Shown piece after piece: positions 1-9,626 of a stretch of 64,000 nucleotides of DNA. Each line of letters starts with the position of its first letter. Positions within the stretch are counted from its first letter, which is position 1. A program made the translations under genes and the position numbers. A model generated the notes under the pieces. The model did not search any database and was not told the DNA's origin. It worked only from the letters and a program-made list of their open reading frames with translations. The DNA comes from Candidatus Acidiferrales bacterium (GTDB lineage: Bacteria > Acidobacteriota > Terriglobia > Acidiferrales > UBA7541), in contig CAVPWW010000005.1 in the NCBI GenBank assembly GCA_963709675.1, forward strand, positions 166,631 to 230,630. The letters run 5' to 3'.

Positions 1-64
1 AGCAACAGTTTTTGTTTATGCGGCATGGCTTCAGGAGGCCGCCACCAGTTGGGACCTTCGTTCT

Positions 65-715
65 ATGTGGGGCAATATGGGTCTTCTCGCGAAGATCGTC
101 GTTGTGATTCTGTTCATCCTTTCGGTCTATTCGTTCGGCGTCATGATTGATCGCTTCCTGATGTACAACAACGCGCGCAAGCAGTCGCGCCTGTTCGTGC
201 AGCAGGTTGCCGGCGCGCTTAAAGATGGCAAGCTTGACGAAGCGATTGCCATTGCTGAGCGCAACAAGAAGAGCCACATCGCCAAGGTTGTGGCCACCGG
301 CCTTTCCGAATTTCAGTCCGCATCGCAGCAGGTATCCGACGCCGAAGTCATCGAAGCCGCCAAGCGCGGTCTCGAACGCTCCGTCGCCATCGTTCATGCG
401 GAAATGAAGCGCGGTCTTTCGGCTCTGGCCACGATCGGCTCGACGGCACCGTTCGTCGGACTGTTCGGCACCGTGGTCGGCATTTTGAACGCGTTCAAGG
501 GCATCGAATCGCAGAAGGCAACCGGTCTGTCGGCCGTCGCCGGCGGTATCGCCGAAGCCCTGGTCACCACGGCTTTCGGCTTGCTCGTTGCCGTTCCTGC
601 CGTCTGGGCCTACAACTATTTCACCAACCGTGTCGAGGCGTTCGACGTGGAAATGGACAACTCCTCGATGGAGTTGATCAACTATTTCATCCTGCGCCGC
701 GGCGCGAAGAAGTAG
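65..715 (+). CDS. exbB: MotA/TolQ/ExbB family proton-channel protein
   Basis: Three hydrophobic segments and family motifs GSTAPFVGLFGTVVGILNAF and IAEALVTTAFGLLVAVPAVWAYNYF. The frame is open back to nt 2, so the true start may lie upstream of the window. Confidence 0.9.
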   Translation: MWGNMGLLAKIVVVILFILSVYSFGVMIDRFLMYNNARKQSRLFVQQVAGALKDGKLDEAIAIAERNKKSHIAKVVATGLSEFQSASQQVSDAEVIEAAKRGLERSVAIVHAEMKRGLSALATIGSTAPFVGLFGTVVGILNAFKGIESQKATGLSAVAGGIAEALVTTAFGLLVAVPAVWAYNYFTNRVEAFDVEMDNSSMELINYFILRRGAKK

Positions 716-733
716 GCTGGAAGAAGGTAAATC

Positions 734-1192
734 ATGGCTTATAAGCCACAAGCCGGGGCCCAAATGGCGGCGCCAAACGTCATACCGATGGCGGACATCA
801 TGCTCGTGTTGCTGATCATCTTTATGGTGGTCACGCCCATGTTGCAGAAGACGCACCAGGTGGATTTGGCACCGGTCAACAATCCCCGCGATATGAAAGA
901 TGCGGATAAGGACGACGCCATCGTCGTTGCCGTCACCCGTGATGGAACCATTTACCTTGAAAATACCAAGGTAAAAAAGGAAGAAATCACGGCGCAGATC
1001 AAGGACCAGATCGCCAATAAGCTGGACAAAACCGTCTACGTAAAAAGCGACGCGCGCGCCAAGTATGGCGACGTGGTTGCCGTCGTGGACGAGATTCGTT
1101 CAGCAGGCGTGGATTCCTTGGGACTGCTGACGGAAAAAGTTAAATCACTCTCTGGCCCTCAGACACCTGCGGCCCCGAAAGCTGGCAGCTGA
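734..1192 (+). CDS. exbD: ExbD/TolR family biopolymer transport protein
   Basis: Single N-terminal TM with the ExbD signature NVIPMADIMLVLLIIFMV. Lies 18 nt downstream of exbB. Confidence 0.9.
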   Translation: MAYKPQAGAQMAAPNVIPMADIMLVLLIIFMVVTPMLQKTHQVDLAPVNNPRDMKDADKDDAIVVAVTRDGTIYLENTKVKKEEITAQIKDQIANKLDKTVYVKSDARAKYGDVVAVVDEIRSAGVDSLGLLTEKVKSLSGPQTPAAPKAGS

Positions 1193-1317
1193 GGCATGAA
1201 GGTTGGTTTTGCCGTAGTCGTCATTCGTTTGCTGAGTTGATGGAACCGCGCCGGATCCCACCCGGCGCGGCCAACTCCTCCGAAACAGGACGCCGCGGAT
1301 TCATAGGAGAACTCGCA

Positions 1318-1743
1318 ATGGGAATGGATGTTGGAAGCACCTCAGGGGCTATGGCCACGCCGAATATCGTGCCGTTGATCGATATTCTCCTGGTCCTGAT
1401 CATTATTTTCATGGTCATCACCCCGCTCACGCCCAAAGGCCTGGATGCGCTTGTCCCGCAGCCTTCACCGAACCAGCAGCAAAACGTGGAGTTGGAGAAC
1501 AAGACCGTGGTTGTCCAGGTGTTGATGAACAACAAGCTCAAGATTAACAACGAGGACACCACCTGGGAAGGTCTTGAACCCCGCATGGAGCAGATCTTTA
1601 AGGATCGTGCGGAGAAGGTAGCGTTCGTCAAGGGCGATAATGACGTTGAATTCAAGGACGTGGCACGGGCTATCGATCTGATGAAAGAAGCCGGCATTGA
1701 TCGTGTCGGCCTGATCACCGCCAAGCTCGAGGCCGGTCAGTAA
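1318..1743 (+). CDS. exbD: ExbD/TolR family protein (second paralogue)
   Basis: Signature PNIVPLIDILLVLIIIFMVITP. I prefer the ATG at 1318, preceded by AGGAGA, over the longest-ORF start at 1237. Confidence 0.85.
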   Translation: MGMDVGSTSGAMATPNIVPLIDILLVLIIIFMVITPLTPKGLDALVPQPSPNQQQNVELENKTVVVQVLMNNKLKINNEDTTWEGLEPRMEQIFKDRAEKVAFVKGDNDVEFKDVARAIDLMKEAGIDRVGLITAKLEAGQ

Positions 1744-1803
1744 GTTTTCGTGGCAGTCCTCGCGGGTTGTGAGAGTCCTCCTCGCCGGGTGTGATTACCG
1801 GAA

Positions 1804-2235
1804 ATGAGCTGGCTCATGGGAATCGGGTTTTCTGGTGGTAGAAACGGTGTAGTATCGGATGTGAATGTAGTCCCTCTGATTGATATTCTGCTCGTGCTCC
1901 TGGTCATATTTATGATCATTCCGCACCGGCAGATGGGACTCCAGGCGAGCTTGCCGCGGCAGGTAAGCGAGCCGGTAGACATTGACCCTCCGCAGGCTGT
2001 GGTTGTTCAGATTGCTGCGGATGGCTCGGCACGGGTCAATGGGTCGGTTGTACAGCACGATGAATTGCGCGGTCATCTTGAAAATCTCTTCGCTCTGCGT
2101 GCTCATCGGGTTGCTTTTCTTCAGGGTGATCGTTCTCTCGAGTTTCAGGTGGTTGCCGAAGTTCTCGACCTTATGCATGTCGCGGGCGCTTCCCCGGTTG
2201 GGCTGCTGAGTTCGGAACTGGAAAAAAACCGCTGA
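1804..2235 (+). CDS. ExbD/TolR family protein (third, more divergent paralogue)
   Basis: Signature DVNVVPLIDILLVLLVIFMII followed by a periplasmic domain of typical ExbD length. Confidence 0.8.
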   Translation: MSWLMGIGFSGGRNGVVSDVNVVPLIDILLVLLVIFMIIPHRQMGLQASLPRQVSEPVDIDPPQAVVVQIAADGSARVNGSVVQHDELRGHLENLFALRAHRVAFLQGDRSLEFQVVAEVLDLMHVAGASPVGLLSSELEKNR

Positions 2236-2314
2236 ACGTGATGGAATGGCCCCTAGAGGGCGCAAGTGAATCCACGCGCCGACTTCCAATGCATCGGGAC
2301 GGCGCGACTCAGGG

Positions 2315-3193
2315 ATGGAAGCTTCCATGACTCAAGTAACGGTTGAACGGGGGACATCCTCGCGGACCTCCCACATTGCCTGCCAGATGTTTTGCCTGCT
2401 GGTGCTTTTCACTCTCGTTGCCGGCCTATCCGGATGCAACAAGCTCCGTGCCCGCGACCTTCTCAACAAAGGTGTTGCCGCGTTCAAAAACGCTCAATTT
2501 GACACGGCCGTTGAAGACTTCAAGCAGGCCAAGGAACTCGACCCAGATCTCATCAACGCCCGCCTGTACCTTGCGACGGCGTATGCGAGCCAATACATTC
2601 CAGGGGCTCCCTCGGACGAGAACATGCGCCATGGCCAGGAAGCCATTACCGAATATAAAGATGTGCTCGACAAGGATGCCAACAACTTGAGCGCCATCGA
2701 CGGCCTCGCCTCCATTCTCTACCAGATGGCGGGCCAGCCGTTTGACGCCAAGAAGTTCGAAGATTCCAAGGCTTACCACCAGAAACACATTGCCCTGAAG
2801 CCGCAGGATCCCCAGCCGTATTATTCCATCGGCGTCATTGACTGGGCCCTGGCTTACCGCGGCAATACGGAAATGCGCGCGGACTACAACAAAGCGCATA
2901 TCAATAAACAGGTGAAAGACACCGATCCTCTTCCCCCGGACGTTCGCAAGGACTACACGGAGAAGTATCAGGCCATGGTCGACGATGGCATTGCCAGCCT
3001 GAAAAAGGCCATCGAGCTCAAGCCTGATTATGATGACGCCATGACGTATCTCAACTTGCTCTATCGTCGCAAGGCCGACATGGTGGAATCGACCGCGGAG
3101 CGCGATAACTTTACGAAGATGGCCGATGACCTCCTCGACAAGGTCAAGGAGATCAAGCAAAAGCGCGCGGAACAACCCACGCCGGTATCCTGA
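2315..3193 (+). CDS. TPR-repeat lipoprotein
   Basis: Lipobox LVAGLSGC after a hydrophobic leader. Several TPR-like units (e.g. AVAAFKNAQFDTAVEDFKQAKELDPD, AIELKPDYDDAMTYLNLLY). Start could be 2315 or 2327. Confidence 0.7.
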   Translation: MEASMTQVTVERGTSSRTSHIACQMFCLLVLFTLVAGLSGCNKLRARDLLNKGVAAFKNAQFDTAVEDFKQAKELDPDLINARLYLATAYASQYIPGAPSDENMRHGQEAITEYKDVLDKDANNLSAIDGLASILYQMAGQPFDAKKFEDSKAYHQKHIALKPQDPQPYYSIGVIDWALAYRGNTEMRADYNKAHINKQVKDTDPLPPDVRKDYTEKYQAMVDDGIASLKKAIELKPDYDDAMTYLNLLYRRKADMVESTAERDNFTKMADDLLDKVKEIKQKRAEQPTPVS

Positions 3194-3218
3194 GGCGGAA
3201 TCTCTTCCATTCCTGAAA

Positions 3219-3254
3219 GGCCTCGGCTCTCGCGCCCGGGGCCTTTTGGTTTTT
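3219..3254 (+). terminator. Rho-independent terminator candidate after the TPR gene
   Basis: GC stem ggcctcgg / cccggggcc followed by ttttggttttt. Confidence 0.5.
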
Positions 3255-3329
3255 GTGCCAGTTCCCGGGCCGCGGCTGCACGCGTGACCGCACTCTTCCG
3301 CAATACGCCTTGCGGGCGTAAACTAAGTT

Positions 3330-5546
3330 ATGGGATCACGGGCCAATCTGCCCTTAAATTTCAATAAAGATCGCACCGAGCGCCAGATCGATGCGCGCCT
3401 CGAAGAACTCCTGGAAAAACTGCGCACCAATCGTCCTTCCGAGGATCCCTGGTTGGTTCGCCGCGCCTTTGACATTGCCGCAGAACGCCACCGCGACCAG
3501 TTCCGCAATTCCGGCGATCCTTACATCACACATCTTCTGGAAGTCGCGCATATCCTCGCCGACATGAAGCTCGATGCCACCACCCTGGCCGCCGCTCTGC
3601 TTCATGACGCCATCGAGGACACCGAATACCCGCTCTCCCGTCTGGAAGAACGATTCGGCGCCGAAGTCGCTCACCTGGTAGAGGGCGTAACCAAAATCGG
3701 CCGCCTCAACATGATGGCCCCCGAAGCGCGCCAGGCCGAAAACGTCCGCAAGATGCTCTTGGCTATGGTCAACGACGTCCGCGTCGTGCTGGTCAAGCTC
3801 GCCGATCGCCTGCACAACATGCGCACACTGGAATTCCTTCCCCCCGCCAAACAACAGCGCATTGCCCGCGAAACCATGGACATCTATGCACCCATCGCTC
3901 ACCGTTTGGGCATGGCACTCATTAAGGGCGAACTTGAAGATCTCTCTTTCCGCTTCCTTGAGCCAGACTCTTTTCTCGCCCTCCAGAAAGAAGTGACGGA
4001 AAAGGAGCCCATCCACAGACGCTTCCTCGAGGAAGTTCAGAACGCCATTCGCAGCAAACTCGTCGAAAACAGCATCCCAGCGGAACTGGAAGCGCGTGTC
4101 AAAGGGATCTATTCCCTTCATCGCAAGATCATTCGCCAGGAGCGGGGCCTCGATCAGATCTACGATTTGCTGGCCGTGCGCGTGATCACGGATACGGAGC
4201 GCAATTGCTACGCGGCCCTCGGTGTAGTCCACCACATCTGGCGCCCTGTTCCCGGCCGCTTCAAGGATTACATTGCCATGCCGCGGCCGAACCTGTACCA
4301 GTCTCTGCACACTACGGTGATTCATGGCGGTCAGCCCTTCGAAATCCAGATTCGCACGCAGGAGATGCACCGCATCGCGGAGGAAGGCGTCGCGGCCCAC
4401 TGGAAGTACAAGGATGGCCGGCCCGTTTCCAATGATGACGATCAGCGCATCGCCTGGATGCGGCAATTGATTGAGTGGTCGCAAGAATTACAGGAGCCGG
4501 GCGAATTTCTCTCCACGCTGAAGGTAGACCTCGCCCCAGTGGAAGTGTACGCGTTCACGCCGAAGGGACGCGTGTTAGAACTCCCTAAGGGAGCAACACC
4601 GGTGGACTTCGCCTATTCGGTCCATACCGAGGTGGGGAATCAGTGTGTCGGGGCCAAGGTCAACGGCCAAATGGTGACTTTGCGCCACGAGATCGTCTCC
4701 GGCGATGTGGTCGAAATCCTTACGCAAAAGGGGCACAAGCCCAGCCGCGATTGGCTCAGTTTCGTCAAATCCTCCCACGCCAAAAGCAAAATCCGGCATT
4801 TCATCAACACCCAGGAGCGCGAAGAAGCCACGGAGATGGGCCGCCGCCTGCTGGAAAATGAATCCCGCAATTTCCCCAAGGGCCTGAAGAAAATTTCGGC
4901 GGAGGACCTGCAAAAACTGAGCGAGGAATACGGCCTCTCGCGGCCCGACGATCTTTTCGCCGCGGTCGGCTTCGGCAAATTCTCAGCCCGGCAGGTGCTC
5001 TCTCGCTATTTCGGTGAGCCTACCAAGGAAGCCGAAAAGCCGGAAGAAGACGGCAAGCCCACGTTGGTCAAGACCGTCAAACGGATGCTGGGCTTTGGCG
5101 AAGCGCCGCTAATCGTCAAGGGCCAGGACGACCTGCTGGTGTTTCGCGCGAAGTGCTGCAATCCCATTCCCGGCGACGACATCGTGGGCTACGTCACCCG
5201 CGGCCGCGGCGTCGCTGTGCACACGCGTACTTGCCCCAATGTCCAGAACCTTCTCTACCAGACCGAACGCCGCATCGCCGTCGAGTGGGGCGGCAGCAAT
5301 GTGGCCACGTTCCCGGTGGAGTTGCTGATCCGCGCCAAGGATCGCCCCGGCCTTCTCGCCGATATCACCGCGGTCATTAGCGCCGCCGGCTCCAATATCC
5401 GCATGTTGGAGAGCCGCCCCGATCGCCAGAACGCCCGCGTCGAAGCCAGTCTCGAAATTACCGACAAGCGCCAGCTCGAATCCATCCTCGCCAACATTCG
5501 CCGCGTGAACGGCGTCTACGGCGTCGAGCGCACCTTCCAGGTCTAA
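3330..5546 (+). CDS. rel: Bifunctional (p)ppGpp synthetase/hydrolase, RelA/SpoT family
   Basis: HD hydrolase motifs (YITHLLEVAHILA, LLHDAIEDT), synthetase core (YQSLHTTV, EIQIRTQEMH), TGS domain (VYAFTPKG...LPKGATPVDFAY) and a C-terminal ACT-like region. Confidence 0.95.
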   Translation: MGSRANLPLNFNKDRTERQIDARLEELLEKLRTNRPSEDPWLVRRAFDIAAERHRDQFRNSGDPYITHLLEVAHILADMKLDATTLAAALLHDAIEDTEYPLSRLEERFGAEVAHLVEGVTKIGRLNMMAPEARQAENVRKMLLAMVNDVRVVLVKLADRLHNMRTLEFLPPAKQQRIARETMDIYAPIAHRLGMALIKGELEDLSFRFLEPDSFLALQKEVTEKEPIHRRFLEEVQNAIRSKLVENSIPAELEARVKGIYSLHRKIIRQERGLDQIYDLLAVRVITDTERNCYAALGVVHHIWRPVPGRFKDYIAMPRPNLYQSLHTTVIHGGQPFEIQIRTQEMHRIAEEGVAAHWKYKDGRPVSNDDDQRIAWMRQLIEWSQELQEPGEFLSTLKVDLAPVEVYAFTPKGRVLELPKGATPVDFAYSVHTEVGNQCVGAKVNGQMVTLRHEIVSGDVVEILTQKGHKPSRDWLSFVKSSHAKSKIRHFINTQEREEATEMGRRLLENESRNFPKGLKKISAEDLQKLSEEYGLSRPDDLFAAVGFGKFSARQVLSRYFGEPTKEAEKPEEDGKPTLVKTVKRMLGFGEAPLIVKGQDDLLVFRAKCCNPIPGDDIVGYVTRGRGVAVHTRTCPNVQNLLYQTERRIAVEWGGSNVATFPVELLIRAKDRPGLLADITAVISAAGSNIRMLESRPDRQNARVEASLEITDKRQLESILANIRRVNGVYGVERTFQV

Positions 5547-5557
5547 CTCTGGCGCAT

Positions 5558-5902
5558 TCACAATTGCGTTAGGAAGTGGCGATGCCTCACAGAGTACAGT
5601 GCCACGAGTAGGACCACATTCGTCACCGCAAGGAATGTCCCCACGTACAGAAGCCCGCGAACGATGTCGCGCTTCCCGGCCGTGAGCAGAAGCAAGGAAG
5701 CCGGGAGAATCGTAAGAACCTGAGCCATACCGAAATAGAGGATATAGAGAAGGCAGGCGCCCATGATGCCCCAGCCGCGCTCCTCCGAGCTGCGCGCCGT
5801 TACCTCGATAAAGGCGATGACCATGAGTACGGACAGAGGTTGTAGGAGGATTCCGAGGACGACGCCTACCGAAACTTGGGAGAGCGACCGAGTTTCGTTC
5901 AT
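5558..5902 (-). CDS. Small integral membrane protein, unknown function
   Basis: About four hydrophobic helices. Its start overlaps the stop of the upstream gene by 4 nt (ATGA), which suggests co-translation. Confidence 0.55.
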   Translation of the reverse strand: MNETRSLSQVSVGVVLGILLQPLSVLMVIAFIEVTARSSEERGWGIMGACLLYILYFGMAQVLTILPASLLLLTAGKRDIVRGLLYVGTFLAVTNVVLLVALYSVRHRHFLTQL

Positions 5903-7125
5903 CGCGGACCTTCCTGGCTGCGGCGATTACTGTTGTCGTTGTTTGCCGCTGGCCAGCCTGTGAGGGCGAGTCCACTGGGAACCTGAATGCGTCCAGCAGT
6001 GCCGATCAGTGTGCCGCCGGCGGTGAGTGAGATTTGGTCCCAGCACGTCCGGATATTCCTCGGCTCGCCGCTCATATGCCATTTTTTCTGGCCATCCGGG
6101 GTGATGGCATAGAGCTGCTGATAATAGGAGACCGCGTAAAGGGTTCCACGTTCACCAATGACGGGCGATTTATCGAAGTAATCGCCACGCGTATACGTGT
6201 ATTCGGACTTGAACGTCCATTTCGTTCTGCCGGAAGGATCCAGGGCGTATAAAAAGTTGGAAGCGAAGTATAAAGTGCCGTCGGGAGCCAGGGCGATGCC
6301 GCCGTCAATGCCTCGGCTCTCGGCATGGAACTGCCAGAGCTTTTGCCCGCGCGAGTCGAAGGCCGCGATATTCCCCGCAGGAATATGTACGAAAAGGCGA
6401 CCCTCCGGACCGACGATCAAGTGTTCAGCACGCGCGGCCAAGGGAACGCTCCATAGCTTTTTACCGTCGTCAATCGCAAAAAGTGCGGGTGCGGTCTGAT
6501 CATCGGAAGCGGCGTAAACGATGCCGTCTGGGCCAATCACCGGGCCGACAGGCGCCCAGGACGCGCTGGTGTCATTTGCCAAAGGAACCTCCCAACGCGC
6601 TGAGCCGTCTGGATTGTAGGCGTGCAAAGTCGAAGGGCCGTTTCGTTCACGCGCGATAATATAGGCGATGCCAGTGGAGGAAAGGGCAACCCGCGAGAAG
6701 ACCTCGGGAAGCGAGATGCGCCACTTTAAGTTTCCCGAAGGAGTGTACGTGTTGAGAAGAGCGCCGCGGTCCGTTGACGCGAGCGCGTACACGGTGCCGT
6801 CCGTACCGATGGCGCAAGAATGAAAGTGGCTGCTCCAGACGTCTTCCGTGAAGTACCGTTTGTTGCCAGTCTGCGCGTCGGCGTAAAAGTAGCCTCGCTC
6901 GCCGTAGTACTCGGTGGCATCGTGGCCAATGCATGCTGGCAGCGCATACTGGCTGTTTCCACTATTCGCTACCTCATACACGGCAGGTGTCGCCTCGAGC
7001 GCAGGTTCGGAATTCACCGGTTTTGCGCTGCGAAGAGCATAATCAAAGCCGCCAAGCGCGAACGGTATGGCCATCGCTGCCGCAGTGGACAGCACGTAAA
7101 CGAGAAAAAGGCGGCTCAGACGCAT
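5899..7125 (-). CDS. Secreted PQQ-like beta-propeller repeat protein
   Basis: Signal peptide MRLSRLFLVYVLSTAAAMA. Repeated 'G.lYa.d..G...W' blades (e.g. DGTLYFASNFLYALDPSGRTKWTF, GTLYAVSYYQQLYAITPDGQKKW). Confidence 0.65.
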   Translation of the reverse strand: MRLSRLFLVYVLSTAAAMAIPFALGGFDYALRSAKPVNSEPALEATPAVYEVANSGNSQYALPACIGHDATEYYGERGYFYADAQTGNKRYFTEDVWSSHFHSCAIGTDGTVYALASTDRGALLNTYTPSGNLKWRISLPEVFSRVALSSTGIAYIIARERNGPSTLHAYNPDGSARWEVPLANDTSASWAPVGPVIGPDGIVYAASDDQTAPALFAIDDGKKLWSVPLAARAEHLIVGPEGRLFVHIPAGNIAAFDSRGQKLWQFHAESRGIDGGIALAPDGTLYFASNFLYALDPSGRTKWTFKSEYTYTRGDYFDKSPVIGERGTLYAVSYYQQLYAITPDGQKKWHMSGEPRNIRTCWDQISLTAGGTLIGTAGRIQVPSGLALTGWPAANNDNSNRRSQEGPR

Positions 7126-7362
7126 TTTGAGGGCTGGAATTCAGCCCGACCCCGGATCGAATCCATTCTGTAACGCCTTCGCCATCTTTCGAAGTGATTT
7201 CACCCTGCGCGTGCCCTGGTGGTAGCGGGTCGTTCCAGGTTCGACGTTCTCTCCTCTCCGTGTCTGAATTTCCCGTGAATTTCGTAAGAATTTTGTACCC
7301 CTTGGCGGCCCGCGCGAATCCAAGCCACAGACTCCTGGAAGCAATACCTGATGAGGCATCCC

Positions 7363-7830
7363 ATGGATATGATTCTGGCGGCCGGAACGCCTGCACCTGA
7401 GTTCAGCCTGCACGTTACTCCCGATCAGAAGCTCTCTTTGAAAGAATTGCGTGGAAAGCCGGTCATTCTCGCGTTCTACCCCGCGGACTGGAGTCCGGTT
7501 TGCGGAGACCAGATGGCGCTTTACAACGAAGTTCTCTCCGAGTTCCACAAATTTGGCGCGGAACTGCTGGGAATTTCCGTCGACGGGGTGTGGTGTCATG
7601 ATGCATTTGCTAAAGACCGGCACTTGCATTTTCCCTTGATGGCGGACTTTGAGCCGAAAGGCGCTGTGGCGAAGGCTTACGGCGCCTATCGCGCAGAGGA
7701 AGGCTTTTGCGAACGTGCCCTGTTCGTGATCGACAAGAAAGGCGTGATTGCCTGGAGCTACTGTTCGCCGGTTGCCGTGAATCCCGGTGCCGATGGAATC
7801 CTGGAAGCCCTCGAGAATCTCCCCAAATAG
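7363..7830 (+). CDS. Peroxiredoxin (AhpC/TSA/redoxin family)
   Basis: GTPAPEFSL...GKPVILAFYPADWSPVCGDQ carries the peroxidatic Cys motif. GAGG lies 6 nt before the ATG at 7363; the longest ORF starts at 7351. Confidence 0.85.
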   Translation: MDMILAAGTPAPEFSLHVTPDQKLSLKELRGKPVILAFYPADWSPVCGDQMALYNEVLSEFHKFGAELLGISVDGVWCHDAFAKDRHLHFPLMADFEPKGAVAKAYGAYRAEEGFCERALFVIDKKGVIAWSYCSPVAVNPGADGILEALENLPK

Positions 7831-7839
7831 GAGACTGGC

Positions 7840-8367
7840 ATGAGTCTGAGAGTTCCCGTAGGAGAGCAGGACCACGTTCAGGGAAGCGCGGACGCGCATT
7901 GCACCCTGGTGGAATATGGCGATTACGAATGTCCCCATTGCGGGCGCGCGCATCCCGTCGTTAAGCGAGTGCAGAAACATTTTGGAAAGAAACTCCGCTT
8001 CGTCTTCCGCAACTTCCCCCTCGCGGAAATGCATCCTCACGCCGAATCCGCCGCGGAAACCGCGGAGTTCGCCGGCGCTCACGGTAAATTCTGGGAGATG
8101 CACGACGCATTATTCGAAAATCAGGAGCAGTTGGGCGGCGCGTTCTATTTGAAACTGGCGCAACAGTTAGGGCTCTCTCCCCAGGAACTTCGCGCAGCCG
8201 TGGAGAACCGCGAGTACCTGGCGCGCGTAAAGAGTGACTTCACCGGCGGAGTCCGCAGCGGGGTCAATGGCACCCCCACCTTCTTCATCAACGGCAAGCG
8301 CCACGACGCTTCCTTCGAATACGACGACCTCGTTGAAGCAATCCAAGCCGCCCTCGCCTCGGCCTGA
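7840..8367 (+). CDS. DsbA-family thioredoxin-fold protein (no signal peptide seen)
   Basis: Redox motif YECPHC in LVEYGDYECPHCGRAHP, followed by FVFRNFPL...HP. Good GGAG RBS. Confidence 0.85.
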   Translation: MSLRVPVGEQDHVQGSADAHCTLVEYGDYECPHCGRAHPVVKRVQKHFGKKLRFVFRNFPLAEMHPHAESAAETAEFAGAHGKFWEMHDALFENQEQLGGAFYLKLAQQLGLSPQELRAAVENREYLARVKSDFTGGVRSGVNGTPTFFINGKRHDASFEYDDLVEAIQAALASA

Positions 8368-8493
8368 GGGGGAATTGCCCCCAAAGCCCACCAAACTTCC
8401 CCCCTCGCCGCGTTTCTCCCCCCTGTTCTTTCGTCCAGTGTCGGCGGGGGCACACGAACTCCGCCGGACGCTTGTCACCTTTACAATGGAGGC

Positions 8494-9102
8494 ATGAGGA
8501 AAACGCTCCTGCTTCTCGGTGTGTGCACTCTCGTGCTCTCGGGCTGCCAGAAGCATCCGCAAACCGATTACAGCGCGCTCGATCAGTCCGGAATGTGGTC
8601 TTCCAGCCTGGATGAATTGAAGACCATGAAGCCGAGCGATCTGGAAATCACTCAGCTCACCAAGTTGAAGCACGCCGGCGCCTCGGATGATCTTTGCCTG
8701 GCCTTGGTGAAGGCGGCGCGCGCACACCATCACGAATTTTCCAATGCCGATTCCTCCATGGATCTTTCGCGCGCGGGTTATACGGACGCGCAAATTCTGG
8801 AGATGGCGCAGTCCGATCAGATCGACATCCTCAGCGGCGAAGCGGTCACCTTGAAACTAATCGGTCTTTCCAATCCCACGGTTCAAGCTATTATTCACCG
8901 CCGCATCCAGGGCTTGCCCACGCTGACCAGCGAACAGATCGGCGAGCTGAAGAACACCGCGATGTCCGAAAAGCAAATCCTCGACATCGTCAATCAGGGA
9001 CTCTCAGACCAGCAGGCGGAAGCACTCATCGCAAAGCGCGAAGCAGAACGGAACCACTCCAACACCGGCTTCGTTCGTGTTCGCGGACGCAGGACCCACT
9101 GA
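8494..9102 (+). CDS. Lipoprotein with about four internal helical repeats, unknown function
   Basis: Lipobox LVLSGC. Repeats of the form L(K/S)..G.(S/T)(D/E/N)..(I/L/V) (LKHAGASDDLCLALV, LSRAGYTDAQILEMA, LKLIGLSNPTVQAII, LKNTAMSEKQILDIV). Confidence 0.6.
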   Translation: MRKTLLLLGVCTLVLSGCQKHPQTDYSALDQSGMWSSSLDELKTMKPSDLEITQLTKLKHAGASDDLCLALVKAARAHHHEFSNADSSMDLSRAGYTDAQILEMAQSDQIDILSGEAVTLKLIGLSNPTVQAIIHRRIQGLPTLTSEQIGELKNTAMSEKQILDIVNQGLSDQQAEALIAKREAERNHSNTGFVRVRGRRTH

Positions 9103-9162
9103 AAGCTCCCTCCCCGGACCCCCATCTGCTATCCTTTTTTCCGCAGCACAGGAGCGTCCATC

Positions 9163-9540
9163 ATGAAAGATGTCATTCTGACGGCTCGTGGGCCGAAGCC
9201 CATCGGACCCTATTCGCAGGCGATTAAATGCAATGGCTTGTTGTTCGTTTCCGGGCAAGTCGCGTTGGATCCTAAATCCGGAGAACTCGTGGGCTCTGAC
9301 GTCAAACAGCAAACGGAACGTGTGCTCGAGAATGTGAAGGCAATCCTGGAAGCTGCCGGCGCTTCCTTCCATCACGTGGTGAAGACCACGGTGTTTCTGA
9401 AGGACATGAACGATTTCGCGGCCATGAACGAAGTCTACGCACGATGCTTCACCGCCGCTCCTCCCGCGCGTTCTACCGTGCAGGCCGCGCGACTGCCCAA
9501 AGACGCACTGGTGGAAATCGAAGTCATCGCGTCGCTCTGA
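9163..9540 (+). CDS. ridA: RidA/YjgF family reactive-intermediate deaminase
   Basis: [12 protein letters not shown]...LFVSGQ...[17 protein letters not shown]...[20 protein letters not shown] is a typical RidA sequence. Confidence 0.9.
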   Translation: MKDVILTARGPKPIGPYSQAIKCNGLLFVSGQVALDPKSGELVGSDVKQQTERVLENVKAILEAAGASFHHVVKTTVFLKDMNDFAAMNEVYARCFTAAPPARSTVQAARLPKDALVEIEVIASL

Positions 9541-9626
9541 GAGGCGCGCCAGGAAAAGCTCCAAAAGAAAAGGGCCATCGCGGTTGCTCGCAATGGCCGT
9601 GAGTTTCTGTAGATTACAAATTCGTA

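Noticed and set aside
1237-1317. An upstream extension of the second exbD ORF (MMEPRRIPPGAANSSETGRRGFIGELA).
   Set aside because: The extension is Arg/Pro-rich and has no RBS. The internal ATG at 1318 has an AGGAGA RBS and gives the usual short cytoplasmic N-terminus of ExbD proteins.
3354-4484. A 376-aa minus-strand ORF inside rel/spoT.
   Set aside because: It is antisense to an unmistakable RelA/SpoT gene. It has no recognisable domain and is a typical GC-rich shadow ORF.
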